Shown: in pieces, positions 39,709 through 52,600 of the stretch
Layout of the letters: the number at the start of each line of letters is the position of its first letter
Numbering within the stretch: position 1 is the stretch's first letter
From: Azolla caroliniana
Taxonomy: Eukaryota > Plantae > Polypodiophyta
Assembly (NCBI GenBank): GCA_043228905.1
Contig: JBHGNT010000006.1
Coordinates: 22,940,001-23,004,000 of the forward strand
DNA length: 64,000 nucleotides
Direction: 5' to 3'
Notes under the pieces: model-generated
The model's database searches: none
Seen by the model: the letters and a program-made list of their open reading frames with translations, nothing else
What the model was told of the DNA's origin: nothing
Translations under genes and position numbers: made by a program

Positions 39709-40690
39709 TGTCACGAACGTAGACGAGGGCAAGGACAAGTAGGCGAGCTCAATATTAACAAAGAGAGAAAGATAGATATATAGATAGAGAGGAGCATAGA
39801 CAAGAGAACAAGAGAGAGAGAGAGGGTGGACAAAAGAGCGAGAACTAAATTACGCTTCCGTAACTGGTGTTGGTCAACTTGATTGTAATCACGAAGTATT
39901 TATACAAGAATGTGGTGGTATGCATGTAAGCTAGGAAACATCTAGAGAATCCATGGAAACTTCTAGAGAGTGCATGTCTATGCATTCTCTAGAAGTTTCT
40001 TGAAAGTTCTAGTGATTAACTTACAATGTAATAAGTTGAAACTTATACAATACAATAATGCATAGATGGAATGTAGCTCAATTGGTAAGGTTGCCCGATA
40101 AGACCAAGAGGTCATGGGTTCAACCCCCTACATTCCATCGTGTCTATGACATTATCCTCCCTCTAAGGTCGCCTCCCGGGACTCGCGGCTGGCTTATGTG
40201 GGTATCGTTGATGAAAATTGCAAATGGTCTGTGGAGCATTTTGTAAATGTGTAATTGGTTCCCATGTGGCGTCCGAAATGGGGTAACCTTTCCATAAGAC
40301 CAAATATTGGAGCTGTCGGCGATGATATCGAGAGTCGAGGGTTGACCCCGGGACTTGCAGCTGGCTTATGTGGGTATCGTTGATGAAAATTGCAAATGGC
40401 CTCCGGAGCATTTATAAATGTGTAATTGGTTCCCATGTGGCATTGGAAATGGGGTAACCTTTCCATAAGACCAAATATTGGAGTTGTCGACAATGATATC
40501 GAGAGTCGAGGATTTGGTCAACCTCATATTCTTCACCCGTCGACAATTCCACAGGTGGCGGTGGAGGAGGGTGTCGTCCCGGAATTCGAGAAGGATGGTA
40601 GAGTTCGAGGAGGGAAACGTGAAAAACATCGTGAATCCTAAATGTTGGAGGAAGTGCTAACCGGAAGGCGATTGGGTTGATCCGCTCGAT
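39709..40690 (-). mobile_element. 3' LTR (39709-40151), PPT and duplicated chromodomain of a second copy of the same chromovirus family, nested in the first
   Basis: TGTCA..TGACA LTR whose end matches 36909-37001. Two tandem QYLVLWKGYPIS.ATWEP units. Truncated at 40690. Confidence 0.85.
40065..40139 (+). promoter_or_regulatory. tRNA-like Pol III type-2 cassette in a chromovirus LTR (second copy at 36909-36981)
   Basis: A-box TAGCTCAATTGG 40074-40085, B-box GGTTCAACCCC 40117-40127. Terminal 12-bp pairing GATGGAATGTAG/CTACATTCCATC. Confidence 0.7.
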
Positions 40691-43188
40691 GTTCGCCGAG
40701 TGTCATCCGGTATTCAATCGGGTAGGTCCTTGTGTCCTCAGGTCGGTTTTCATTGGATGATCCGGACTTGGTCATCTTCTTGTTCGACCCTCAGTCGGCA
40801 ATGGACTTGTCTTCCATGAAGACTATGTCCCGACTTCGGAACACCTTCTTGTCGACCAGATCCCACACCTGGTAACCGAAGTCATAATCACCGTATCCAA
40901 GGAATATGCATGGCCGGGACTTCGGGTCATGCTTTGCTCTCTTGTCCTTCGCCACAGGCACGTATGAGAGACACCCGAACACCTTCAGATGCCGATAAGA
41001 TACATCTTTGCCGGTCCATACCTTCTGAGGTGAGTCTCCTCCCAAGGGTAGTGAGGGTGATCTGTTTATCACGTAGGTCGTCGTCGTCAACGCCTTAGCC
41101 CAAAACGTCTTGGGTAACTTGGCATGTGTGATCATGCTCCGGTTCATCCTTTCGGTCAGCCCGTTTAGTTCCGGCGTCTTTGACACGGTAAATTCAAGCC
41201 GGATTCCCTTCGACCAGTAGTACTCCTCGAACTGCCCCCGGTATTCTACTCCATTGTCCGCTCGAACCGCTTTCAGCTTCCGGTCGGTTTCTCTTTCCAC
41301 TCCCGCGTGGAGTTCCTTGAAGACGGTTAGCACCTGATCCTTCGTCTTTAACGGTGAGACCCACAGCTTCCAGCTGTGATCATCTATGAACGTCACGAAG
41401 TACTGCGATCCGGCATGAGACTTCGTGTCCGCTTGACACACATCGGTATGCACCAACTCCAGTGGTGCATTCCGTCTCATCGTTGGTCTTGACTAGAAGG
41501 AGGTTCGGTTTTGCTTGCCGGCCAAACAATCGGTGCACTTCTCAAGTTGCACGTCCTTCACTGGAATGAGGTTGTCTTCAGCAAGCCTCTTCATCCCCTT
41601 CTCACTCATGTGACACAGTCTTTTGTGCCATAGCTCACCGGCAGTGTCAGATGCTATGTTCACATCTTCCTGGCATAACCGGGCATTCATCAAGTACAGT
41701 TTGTTGATCTTCCGGGCTCGAGCCACTATCAAGCTTCCCTTGTTGAACTTTATAACTCCGTTCCGGATGCTAACTATGTAGCCTTCATTATCTAGCCGAT
41801 CGGCTGATATCAGGTTCAGTCGAACCTCCGGAACGTGTCGGACCTCCTTCCGTAGCAACTTGCATTCGGTTGATGTCGTCAACAACACATCTCCTATGCC
41901 GATAATTCGGCATGTCCCTTCATTCCCCATCCGGACACAACCATGATCACCGGTTGTGTAGGATGAGAAGCATCTCCGGTCCGGTGTTAGGTGGAACAAC
42001 GCTCCGGAATTGACAACTCACATTGTCTTGTCGCCGACAAGGTTTATGTCATTCTCTTCGGTAATGAGCATCAGTTCTTGATCGGGGCATCTCCGGTCCG
42101 AACCGTTTCGGTCTGAACTCTTCTTCGAATCGGTGCTAGAAATTTCTTTCTCTTTCTGGAAATGCCAACAGTTCTTCTGGAAGTGCCCTGGCTTCCCACA
42201 ATAGAAGCAAATGGGCCTCTCCCTTGACTTCGACCTCGTCCCCGATTTGTCCCGGTTTTGGCAACTTCGATACTAGCCTCTTCCTTGGTTGTGGTCATCT
42301 TCCATGACCAAGGCCTTTGGGAACGGTTCCGGACTCCCGGTCCTTCCGGCGAGCTTCTTCATCTAGCAGGCTTGATTTTACCCTTTCTAGGGACAACTAT
42401 TTTCCTTCTGGCCCGGCGTTGCCCAGCATGACAACTAGCGTCTCCCAACTATCCGGGAGGGAACCAAACAGGAGTAAGGCTAGTACCTCATTGGTGAGAG
42501 GTACTTCCAAAGAGGTTTCTTGATGTATTAGCCCCTGGAAGGCATTCATGTGCTTCACCATGTTGGAACCGTCTTGGTACTAGAGTCTCACTAGTTTCCG
42601 GAATACCGAAACCCGGTTAACAACATTCTTGTTCTGGAACATGGTGCCGATCTTCTCCCAAAGTTCATGAGCCTTACTTTCTTCATTGAAGTTGTTGTAC
42701 AACATCATGTCGATGAAGCACCGGATGTATGCCGTCGTCTTCATGTGCATCACCTCCCACACTATGGTGTCAATCTTATCCGGTCTCTTGTCCCCGAACT
42801 GAACCGGCAACCAAAGATCTTTGACCACCAGCATATCCCTCATCTTCGACTTCCACACTGAGTAGTTGGAGCCGGTGAGCTTGAACATGCCGCCGAACGA
42901 TTCTTCCATTTTCTGTGTTGTTCGCTCTGATACCAGTTTGAGAGGAATAGCGCGGAATATCGCTCAGCCACAACCGAGTCTTGAATCATAGAAATGGGTA
43001 AGAACGAGAGAGCCCACAGAAATGACATAGGATGTTTACATGGAAAACCCTAATAGGGAAAAACCACGGGAGCCCACAGACTCCAAACTATCACTATATG
43101 AGAGGAAATGCAAAGTGGAGGCACACAGGCAACGACCTCGTGCTCGCAATCTTCGTCAGATGGCGGTTACAACAGAGAGTGCTCATAG

Positions 43189-43225
<37 letters not shown>

Positions 43226-43441
43226 TTCTATACAACAGTTACAATAGTATAACAACTACAACCTTATACAAAGTGATTGCCCTAAGTCATATTTATACTT
43301 ATATGAACTTAGGGCTATTTACAAATGTAGCCTCAATAGGCTTACTCAAAACATATTTATAGATATGTCTTCTCTTTCGGTTCTCACCGGGTCCTCTTTA
43401 TTCATCATTGGATCCCATCCGGAGACACTGATTTCCCAACA
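40691..43441 (-). mobile_element. 5' half of a Ty1/copia element (LTR 42939-43441, PBS-iMet, gag, protease, integrase)
   Basis: PBS 42924-42935; ORFs 42580-42909, 41493-41999 and 40791-41480 (FVTFIDDHS, ELNGLTERMNR). Same family as 46187-64000. Inserted in the copia at 43442. Confidence 0.9.
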
Positions 43442-45212
43442 ATTTTGGGATTTAGCCTACCGTCATCAGCCGATCAAGTCCAGCTTGAGACATGTGACCA
43501 AGTCAGCCATGCCATAAGTTTGGGTCGGTCTTTTCGGCTACATTCACAACCCCTTCTGGATTGATCGCCATTAATGGGTACAAGTTATTGTACTTGTGTC
43601 CACTCCCAATTCTGAGATTTCCCTGGTTGATCATCCATATTGACTCACTTAGAGTCATTCGATACGCGTCTTCAACTAGCATGCCGATGGAGACTAGACT
43701 CCTTTTAAGATCGGGTACGCGCCAAACTCGGTGCAAGGTTATTGTGTTGCCATTGGGCAATCGGATGGGTACCTCTCTGGTCCCTGCAATTCTGCACTCT
43801 TGACCATTTCCCAGCCGGACTGTGCCGCTGGCATCGGCTGAATAGTTCGAAAACCATTCAATGTTGGGGGTCATGTGGAATGTGGCATCAGAATCCAGTC
43901 ACCACGTGTCTGCATCTTATGCACTGTAGAGGGCTACTCGGATCATTGAGTCCTCTAAGGAGAGAACTTCTCCTGATCGGGAGTCAGCAACGTTGATTTG
44001 GTTGGCAATTGGAGAGTGGTCTGAGTCGGGTCGCCCTCAATTCTGCTCGGATCGCCAACCACTCTCTTTCCTCTTGATTGACTAGTAGTCGGAGACATTG
44101 TGGCCAGCTTTTCTGCAGTGTGTGCAGAATTCGCCTGATCGGCCCATTCTCGACTTCGACTGTTGTCGATCTCCCCTTGTTTTTGATCGGTTGGTATTTC
44201 AACCGGTTTTGTCGGCTTGTTCTCTCATTCGACTTTGTTGGTCGAATGACTCGGTTGAGTGATGGTCTTCTACCAATTCATCGATGGTAAGTCCTATCAA
44301 TTTTTGCCAAATGTCCTCAGTGAGGAATTGGCCAATTGTCTCATCCCGATTTAGGATCGGTTGACTACTGGCGTATGTCGTACAGAATACCTCCCAACTC
44401 GCCGGAAGCTCGATAGGAGAGCAAGGGCTTTCATTTCTTCTTCGAAGTTGATCCCTTGTGAGGAGAGTTCTGACAACACACCCGGCTGCAGGTGTTGAAC
44501 AATTGTTTGATCAAAATCAGTTTTGAAGATGAGGACTTTTTCTCGTACACAACTTCTAGTTTCTCCCATAGTGAGAACGTTGTCATCTCTTTTGCCATGC
44601 TGAAGTAGACGTTTTCGGCTAGGTGCATTTGAATGGTGGAGCGTGCGATTTCGTCCATTGATCTCCACTCATGGGCTGACATTGAAGAAGGATTTTTGGA
44701 GTGTCGAATAACTTTGACTTGTCTTCTTATGATCAGAACATCCTGCATCATCTCCTTCCAAAGTGCAATTTTTTTGCCATTGAGCTTTCCAATTTCAGCT
44801 CCTGTTCCGAATATTGAAGCCATATTCTTCTATGAAAGTGAGATTTTTACTGACCTCATCTTTTTCTTTTGAGTTGTTTTTGTTGTCTGTTGCCGCCGAG
44901 CAGGAACCTTGCTCTGATACCAGTTCTGGATAGTTGGAATGTGTGTGCATACGAGGAATCATATGAGAACCTATTTGCGTACTCAGAAAACGACACAAAA
45001 AGGGAGGAAGGTGGAGACTTGCACAGAGTCGAGCTTTAATGGAAAGCTTTACTGTGTTCTCTCTCTCTCTCACTCAGAGACTTAATACAATATGAATAAT
45101 CACCCCATCTTTAAAACGTTAGGTTATTGCTTATATACTAAGCCCTAACTATGTGGACGAGTTCACACTCGGACGGATACAAGTTGGAAAGAGTCGGCCT
45201 TTTATGCCAACA
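43442..45212 (-). mobile_element. 5' part of another Ty1/copia element (LTR about 44925-45212, PBS-iMet 44911-44922, gag, protease)
   Basis: ORFs 44431-44823 and 43503-43874, WTGF*CHIP/FHMTP protease region, GAG-pre-integrase LWHG*LGH. Confidence 0.85.
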
Positions 45213-45996
45213 TTGGGAAGGTGTGCTTGCCCTAAGATGAATCTTGGCTTCAATATTATTCAAACGAACTTGAACTTATAAACTACAACAATTCATTATC
45301 TTATATCAAAATTCGTTGCTAGAAATTGACCTTAGAGATCATAGTGTATGATATATTAACAGATGTATTCTCAATAAGCATTACTATAAATAATACATTG
45401 CATGTAGTGGTAGTTGATTTGTTGTTTGGACCAAGAGGTGTTATTCTAATCATGCGAATGATGTCACATGGCCTTAATATAGCATATGGATTATGTTCGG
45501 GTTATTGGACTAGCATTTGACAAAATTATTCACACAATATCAACCAAATTCCGATATTGTTGACAAATGTTGCTCCTTGCCACTAGGTCAAGGATGTTGA
45601 CATGAATTAAATGACTGGAACACATGCTATTACGCACATGAGGTGTGCAAGAGAGACCAAAAGACCATGTACTCTTCCTTTGTTATGGATAATGCCAAGT
45701 CTTGGTTGCGAAGAGAAGACTCGTCCAACAATATCAAAAAATACCGAAATGTAGACTTTCTAGAGTCAATATTGCTAGCCATGTTTCAAACTGTGTAGAT
45801 CCATGTTTGGTTATCACCAAAATTTAAAATACTCTAGAAGGGTCTCCCAAATATGGTAGAATCCATTTCATTGCTTGCCAAATATCTTATAATGATTAGA
45901 CAGAAATGGATTACGACACCAATTTTATCATCAATGTCAAGCCTCACGCACACCTTAGCATACATCAAATTCCCAACTCCAAAAAAATGTGGTATA
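45213..45996 (+). pseudogene. Heme-motif tail of the P450 pseudogene plus downstream flank, paralogous to about 634-1420
   Basis: LGRCACPKMNLG, followed by roughly 750 bp colinear with 640-1420. Confidence 0.85.
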
Positions 45997-46186
45997 TGTG
46001 ATGACTCGAACCCATGACCTTATGTTATATGGGTCAAGCTCTTGATCATTATACCATCTATTGCAATATGTAAAATAAGTTTTATTTATTATAGGAAATG
46101 AATGTATATTCTAGATTTCTCTGGAACATTCTAGAAGCTTCAGGATTACTCTTCAGAACACTATAAAAGAAGGCACTAGGCATTAT
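45997..46186 (+). mobile_element. U3 part of a Tcn1-like LTR related to 49167-49631, interrupted by the copia at 46187
   Basis: GACTCGAACCCAT, TGTATATTCTAGATTTCTCTGGAACATTCTAGA and ACACTATAAAAG match the reverse complement of the 49167 LTR. Confidence 0.8.
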
Positions 46187-46262
46187 TGTTGGGAGACAGG
46201 TCCCTCCGGATGGGAAGGGAGAAGAACAGTGCCGACGAACAAACTCGGCCGAGGGCGAAACA

Positions 46263-46465
46263 GTATGAGGAGTACCCGGCTACAGAGAGCCGGATGATAC
46301 AGGCCCGGTGTGAACCGGATGAGGAGTACCCGGCTTTGGTGAGCCGGATGATACAAGCCCGGTGTGAACCGGATGAGTAGTACCCGGCTACGGAGAGCCG
46401 GATGGTGCAGGCCCGGTGTGAACCGGATGAGGAGTACCCAGCTACGGAGAGCCGGATGGTCAACC
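46263..46465. repeat. 57-bp tandem repeat (about 3.5 copies) in the copia LTR U3
   Basis: Unit ATGAGGAGTACCCGGCTACGGAGAGCCGGATGATACAGGCCCGGTGTGAACCGG. Confidence 0.9.
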
Positions 46466-46638
46466 GGAGGAAGAGACATATTCGTAAATATGTTTCTGAG
46501 AGCCCATTGTGACTACATTTGTAAATAGCTGAAAAGTCATATTAGTATAAATATGACTTAGGGCAAACTTTTAGAAAAAGTTAGTTGTTGTTAATCTTTT
46601 TCTTTGTTGGTGCAAGAAGAAGAGAGAGCGCGTAACTG

Positions 46639-46686
<48 letters not shown>

Positions 46687-49299
46687 GGTCGTTGCCTCTG
46701 TTGTAACCGCCGCCTGTGGCGAAGAGCGTGAGTTCGAGGTCGTTGCCTCCGTGAACTCACTGTTTTGTACATTCATACATAGTGACAATTTGCAGCCTGT
46801 GGGCTGCCGTGGTTTTTTCCCTTTGTTTGGGGTTTTCCACGTAAACCTCCTGTGTACCATTTCTCTTCTTTATTTCGCGTTTCATTACCTTTTTTTTCTA
46901 TGAAAAGAATCTCGATTGTGGCCGAGTCTTGCGCATAAGGAACGTCCAGTTCCCGTCAAGTGGTATCAGAGTGAAATCGACACAGAAAATGGACGAATCA
47001 TTTGGCGGCATGTTCAAGCTCACCGGCTCCAACTATTCAGTGTGGAAGTCGAAGATGAGGGACATGCTCGTGGTTTAAGACCTCTGGCTGCCGGTTCAGT
47101 TCGGGGAAAAGAGACTGGACAAAATCGACGCCGCGATATGGGAGGTGATGCACATGAAAACAACGGCGTACATACGGTGCTTCATCGACATGAGCCTATA
47201 CAACAACTTCAATGAAGAGAGCAAGGCTCATGAGCTCTGGGAGAAGATCGGCATAATGTTCCAGAACAAAAATGCTGTCAATCAGGTGTCGGTATTCCGG
47301 AAGCTAGTAAGACTCCGGTACCAAGATGGCTCCAGCATGGCGGAGCACATGAATGCCTTCCAGGGGTTGATACCTCAGGCAACGTCATTGGAAGTACCTC
47401 TTGCCGACGAGGTACTAGCGCTACTCCTGCTCGGTTCCCTTCCGGATAGCTGGGAGACGTTGGTTGTCACTTTGGGCAACGCCGGGCCAGAAGGAAAACG
47501 GTTATCCCTAGCAAGAGTAAAGTCGAGCTTGCTAGATGAGGAGGCGCGTTGGAAGGATAAAGATACGAGCTCCGACTCCAAAGCGCTCCTTACCGAATCG
47601 GAACGCGGAAGACATAGAAACCGTAGTCCTCAGAACCAGGAGAAGTCGGGGACACGGTCAAAGTCAAGGGGGAGGCCTACTTGCTTCTATTGCGGCAAGC
47701 CGGGACACTTCCAAAAGAACTGTCGGCATTTCCGTAAAGACAAGGAAATCGACGGTACCGATTCGAAGCAAACCCCGGACCGGAACGGTAAAGACCGGAA
47801 CAGTAAAGACCAGAGGGGACCGGACCGGAAGGGAACGACGGCAATCGCGGCAAGTGAAGAAGAGTTGATGCTCATCACCGAGGAGTGTGAGATAAACCTT
47901 GCCGGCGACGAGATGACCTAGGTGGTAGACTCCGGAGCATCGTTCCACCTTACCCCGGACCGGAAATGCTTCTCATCCTACTCAGCCGGTGACCACGGCT
48001 GTGTCCGGATGGGGAATGAAGGTACATGCCGAATTATCGGCATAGGAGACGTGTGGCTGTCAACACCAACCGGATGCAAGTTGCTGCTGAAGGATGTCCG
48101 ACACGTTCCGGAAGTTCGTCTGAATCTGATATCAGCCGGTCGGCTAGATAATGAAGGCTACACGGGTAGCATCCGGAACGGTGTCATGAAGTTCAGCAAA
48201 GGGAGCCTGATTGTGGCTCGGGCCTGGAACGTCAACATGTTGTACCTGATGAATGCTCGGTTATGTCCGGAAGAAGTGAACGTGGCATTCGACACTGCCG
48301 GTGAGCTGTGGCACAAGAGGTTGTGTCATATGAGCGAGAAGGGGATGAAGAGGCTTGCAGACGACAACCTCATTCCAGTGAAGAACGTGCACTTGGAGAA
48401 GTGCACTGATTGTCTGGCCGGTAAGCAGAACCGGACCTCCTTTCGATCAAGGCCACCGATGAGACGTAATGCACCACTGGAGTTGGTGCATATGGATGTG
48501 TGTCAAGTAGACACGAAGTCACATGCCGGAGCGCAGTACTTCGTGACGTTCATAGATGACCACAGCCGGAAGCTGTGGGCCACACCGTTGAAGACAAAGG
48601 ATCAGGTGTTATCTGTCTTCAAAGAGCTCCACGCAAGAGTGGAAAGAGAAACCAGCCGGAAGCTGAAGACGGTTCGAGCAAATAACGAAGGAGAGTACCG
48701 GGGGCAGTTCGAGGAGTACTGCCATTCGAAGGGAATCCGGCTCGAATTTACCGTGCCGAAGACGCCGGAACTAAACGGACTGGCCGAGAGGATGAACCGG
48801 ACCATAATGGAGAGGGTCCGGAGTATGCTAGCGCATGCAAAACTACCCAAGAAGTTTTGGGCTGAGGCACTGTCGACGGCGACACATGTGATAAACAGAT
48901 CACCCTCAGTACCCTTGGACGGAGACACGCCACAGAGAGTATGGACCGGTAAGGAAGTGTCCTACGGGCATCTGAAGGTGTTCGGGTGTCTCGCGTACGT
49001 GCATGTAGCAAAGGACCGGAGAGGAAAGTTAGATCCAAAGACCCGGCCATGCATATTCCTCAGTTACAGTGTGGGACCCGGTTGACAAGAAGGTATTCCG
49101 GAGTCGAGATATTATCTTCATGGAGGACAAGACGCTCGCCGACTGAGAGTCGGAGAAGAAGATAATTGTCAGGAACTCTATTAAGGCAGAGAAGGAATTA
49201 GTACTAAAAGAAGGATTAGTACTATTGTTGGGGAATAGTACTAAGACAGAGAAGGATTAGTACTATGAGAGGTGTCGAACTTTGAGAGAAGGAATGAGT

Positions 49300-49341
<42 letters not shown>

Positions 49342-49564
49342 TGATGCGAAAGATATATGTATTATATGAAGGAAGATATACAACAGTAGTTAGAAGGCTT
49401 AAGACTGGCGTTGAACCGATTTGGTTCGAACTAATGCCTTGCGCCTCCTTTTATAGTGTCTTCAGGAATACTCCTGAAGTATCTAGAATGTTGCAGAGAA
49501 ATCTGGAATATACATCAATTTCCCAATAAAACCTAAATGAAAATAATATCCTTCAAATTACAAT

Positions 49565-49631
49565 TCATAACCTAATGGTAAAGTCTCGACCCATGTAACA
49601 AAAGGTTATGGGTTCGAGTCTAGTTATGACA
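49565..49631 (+). promoter_or_regulatory. tRNA-like A/B-box cassette at the U3 tip of the Tcn1-like LTR (also 54869-54935)
   Basis: A-box-like TAACCTAATGG 49568-49578, B-box GGTTCGAGTCT 49611-49621, 32-bp spacer, TCATAAC/GTTATGA closing stem. Confidence 0.6.
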
Positions 49632-52600
49632 CTATCCCCCCCTTAAAACGACGAGTTCCACGAGTCGTTTTGGATTGAGGACCCGGTTTCTCGGGGTATC
49701 GTCGATGGAAGTCTTCTAGAAGAGCACGAGCATTGGTCACATTCTCGATCGGTTCCCAAGTACGCTCGCTGGGACTATATCCTAGCCAATCGACTAGATA
49801 GTAGAGCTTGTTGCGAACAATCTTGGAATCGAGGATGGCAGCGACCTCATACTCAGGTCCATCTTCGAGCTCGATAGGAGGTGGTGGTTGTATAGTACGT
49901 CCTGGGATAGTGCTCTCGTGATAGGGTTCGAGGAGAGAACTATGAAACACCGGATGTATCCGAAGTTGCGGAGGTAGCTCGAGACGAAAAGCGACATCAT
50001 TAATCTTCCCGATAATACGGAAAGGACCTAATCGCCGATAATCCAACTTCTCACATGGGCGAGTAGTCTTGATGTGTCGTCGTAGCAGCCACACCCGATC
50101 TCCAATGTTAAAACTGGATGGAAGTCGATGACGATCTGCGTAGTCCTTGTGTGATTGTTGAGCTTGCTGGAGTTGAGTAGATAAATCCGCTTGTATCTTG
50201 CGTAACCGCTCCAAACGATCCTCCGCGCAAGGATTTGTGGACACTTCTGGGGTTTCAAGGACACACCACCGGGGATGATATCCCGTATAAGCGTAGAATG
50301 GCGTGACTTTAGTCGATGCGTGGATAGTGTTATTATAGGCAAATTCGGCGAACTGAAGAATATCTGCCCAGTCATTCTGATGATAGTTGAGAAAGCACCG
50401 CAGATACTGCTCCAGTGTTTGATTTGTTCGTTCGGCTTGACCGTCGGTTTGTGGATGGTAGCCGGAGGAGAGGTTACAAGTGACCTTCAGCATTTTAAAA
50501 AGGTGCTTCCAGAATTTTGACACAAACTGGGGTCCACGATCGCTGATGATATTATCAGGGAGTCCATGATGCCGACATACTTCCCGCATGACAATTTCGG
50601 CGGTGTCTTCACTAGATATTTCTTTAGTACATGGTAAGAAATGAGCCATCTTCGTATATCGATCCACCACTGTGAGAATCGCACTGAATCCCTTAGAGAC
50701 TGGAAGATCTGTAATGAAGTCAAGAGCAATGGATTGCCATGGCTTGCTTGGAATTGGTAATGGTTCTAATAAACCATATGGATGATGTCTTGGCATTTTC
50801 GCTCTGCAGCATGTATCGCAAGTCCGAACAAAATCTTCGACAAATTGTCGCATACGAGGCCACCAGAATGATCGTTGTACTAAATCTAATGTTTTAGTAC
50901 TACCAAAATGTCCTGCTGTATATGTGTCATGGCAGTTTTGTACTACTCGAAGGCGGCAAGAACCATTAGGAACATACAAAAGTTCTTTAAAGAAGAGTAA
51001 TCCATCACAGTATTTGAATTGCCGATAATCCGTACCTGGTGATTGTGATTGTGAACATGACGCTCGAGAGGGGTCAATTTGTGCTAGTATAGCTTGGGCG
51101 AAAGCGTCAGTCTTCAAGTCCTCACGTATAGTATTGGTAATGTCGGAATCCACGGGCATGTCAAAGACCTGTGCTGCTTGCAGTCGTGCTGGACCCAAGA
51201 TTACTTGCTTCTGGTTATCGAAGGCTGGCTCACCGGGACGTGGTGTTAGATACGAACGCCGTGATAATGCATCTGCCTTCCCTTGGTGCTTCCCCGGACG
51301 ATATGTAATTTTGAAGTCGAAGCGTGTGAGGAAGTGGGCCCACCGAGCTTGACGTCGATTCAGTACACGAGCATCTTGAAAGTAGGCAAGGTTCTTGTGG
51401 TCACTGAATACAGTGACCTGATGAGGAGATCCCTCCAGGAAATGCCTCCATTGCATAAAAGAATCAACTATTGCTAATAGCTCTTTATCATGAATTTCGT
51501 AGTTGATTTCGGCGGCATCAAACTTACGGGAGTGGAAAGCCACAGGATGTAGCTTCTCGTCGTTACCCTGTTGTGACAGAATGCTCCCCAATGCGAAATC
51601 CGATGCGTCAGCTTCGATAATGAATGGTTTTTCCGGATCCACATGACCTAAAATTGGAGCTGATGTAAACGCCTTCTTAAGACTCTCGAAAGCCATGTCC
51701 GTCTCTTTAGACCAAATGAATGATTGTCCCTTGCTGGTGAGCTGTGTGAGAGGCAGCACAATTTTTGAGTAATTTTGTATGAACTTCCGGTAAAAATTTG
51801 CAAAGCCTAGGAAGCATTGCACATCCCGCACCGAACGCGGAGTGTGCCATTCTATCACCGTTTTGACCTTGGCTGGGTCCATGGATATGCCTTCTGAGGA
51901 GATGACATAGCCGAGAAATTCCACTTGGTTGCACCCGAAACTACATTTCTCTAACTTTGCATACAGACCATGTTCTCGAAGTCGTTTTAGTACTAATAGT
52001 ACATGAGAATCATGTTCTTCTTGGGTCTTTGAATAAACCAGTAGATCATCCAAATAGATGATCAAAAAATCATCCAAGAGATCTCGAAATATATCATTCG
52101 CCATGTGCTGGAAGACTGCCGGCGCATTAGTGAGTCCGAACGGCATGACCGTATACTCGAAGTGCCCATATCTGGTGCGAAACGCGGTCTTCCATTCATC
52201 TCCTGGTTGGATCCGTACGAGGTTATAGGCTCCTCGTAAGTCGATCTTCGTGAAGAACCTGGCACCGTTGATCCGTTCTAAAAGACTTGAGATAAGGGGA
52301 AGAGCATACCTATTTCTTACTGTGACCTTATTCAAGCCACGGTAATCTACAACGAGTCGAAGCGAGCCATCTTTTTTCTTGACGAAGAAAATGGGTGCGC
52401 CGGCTGGAGATTTCGAATGCCGAATGAAACCGTTCTCCAAATTCTCCTCTATATAGGCTCGAAGGACTTCTAGCTCGGTTGGTGACAAATTGTAGATCGG
52501 CCCCCATGGCGGCTCTTTTCCCGGTTGTAAGTCGATGGCGCAATCGTACGGCCGATGATGAGGAAGTGTGTTGGCTTGTACTTTATCGAACACATCAGCA

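Noticed and set aside
40065-40139. Functional tRNA gene
   Set aside because: No convincing anticodon arm and it lies inside an LTR; treated as a tRNA-like cassette.
46263-46465. Regular repeat resembling a CRISPR array
   Set aside because: Head-to-tail 57-bp minisatellite without unique spacers, inside a copia LTR; no cas genes.
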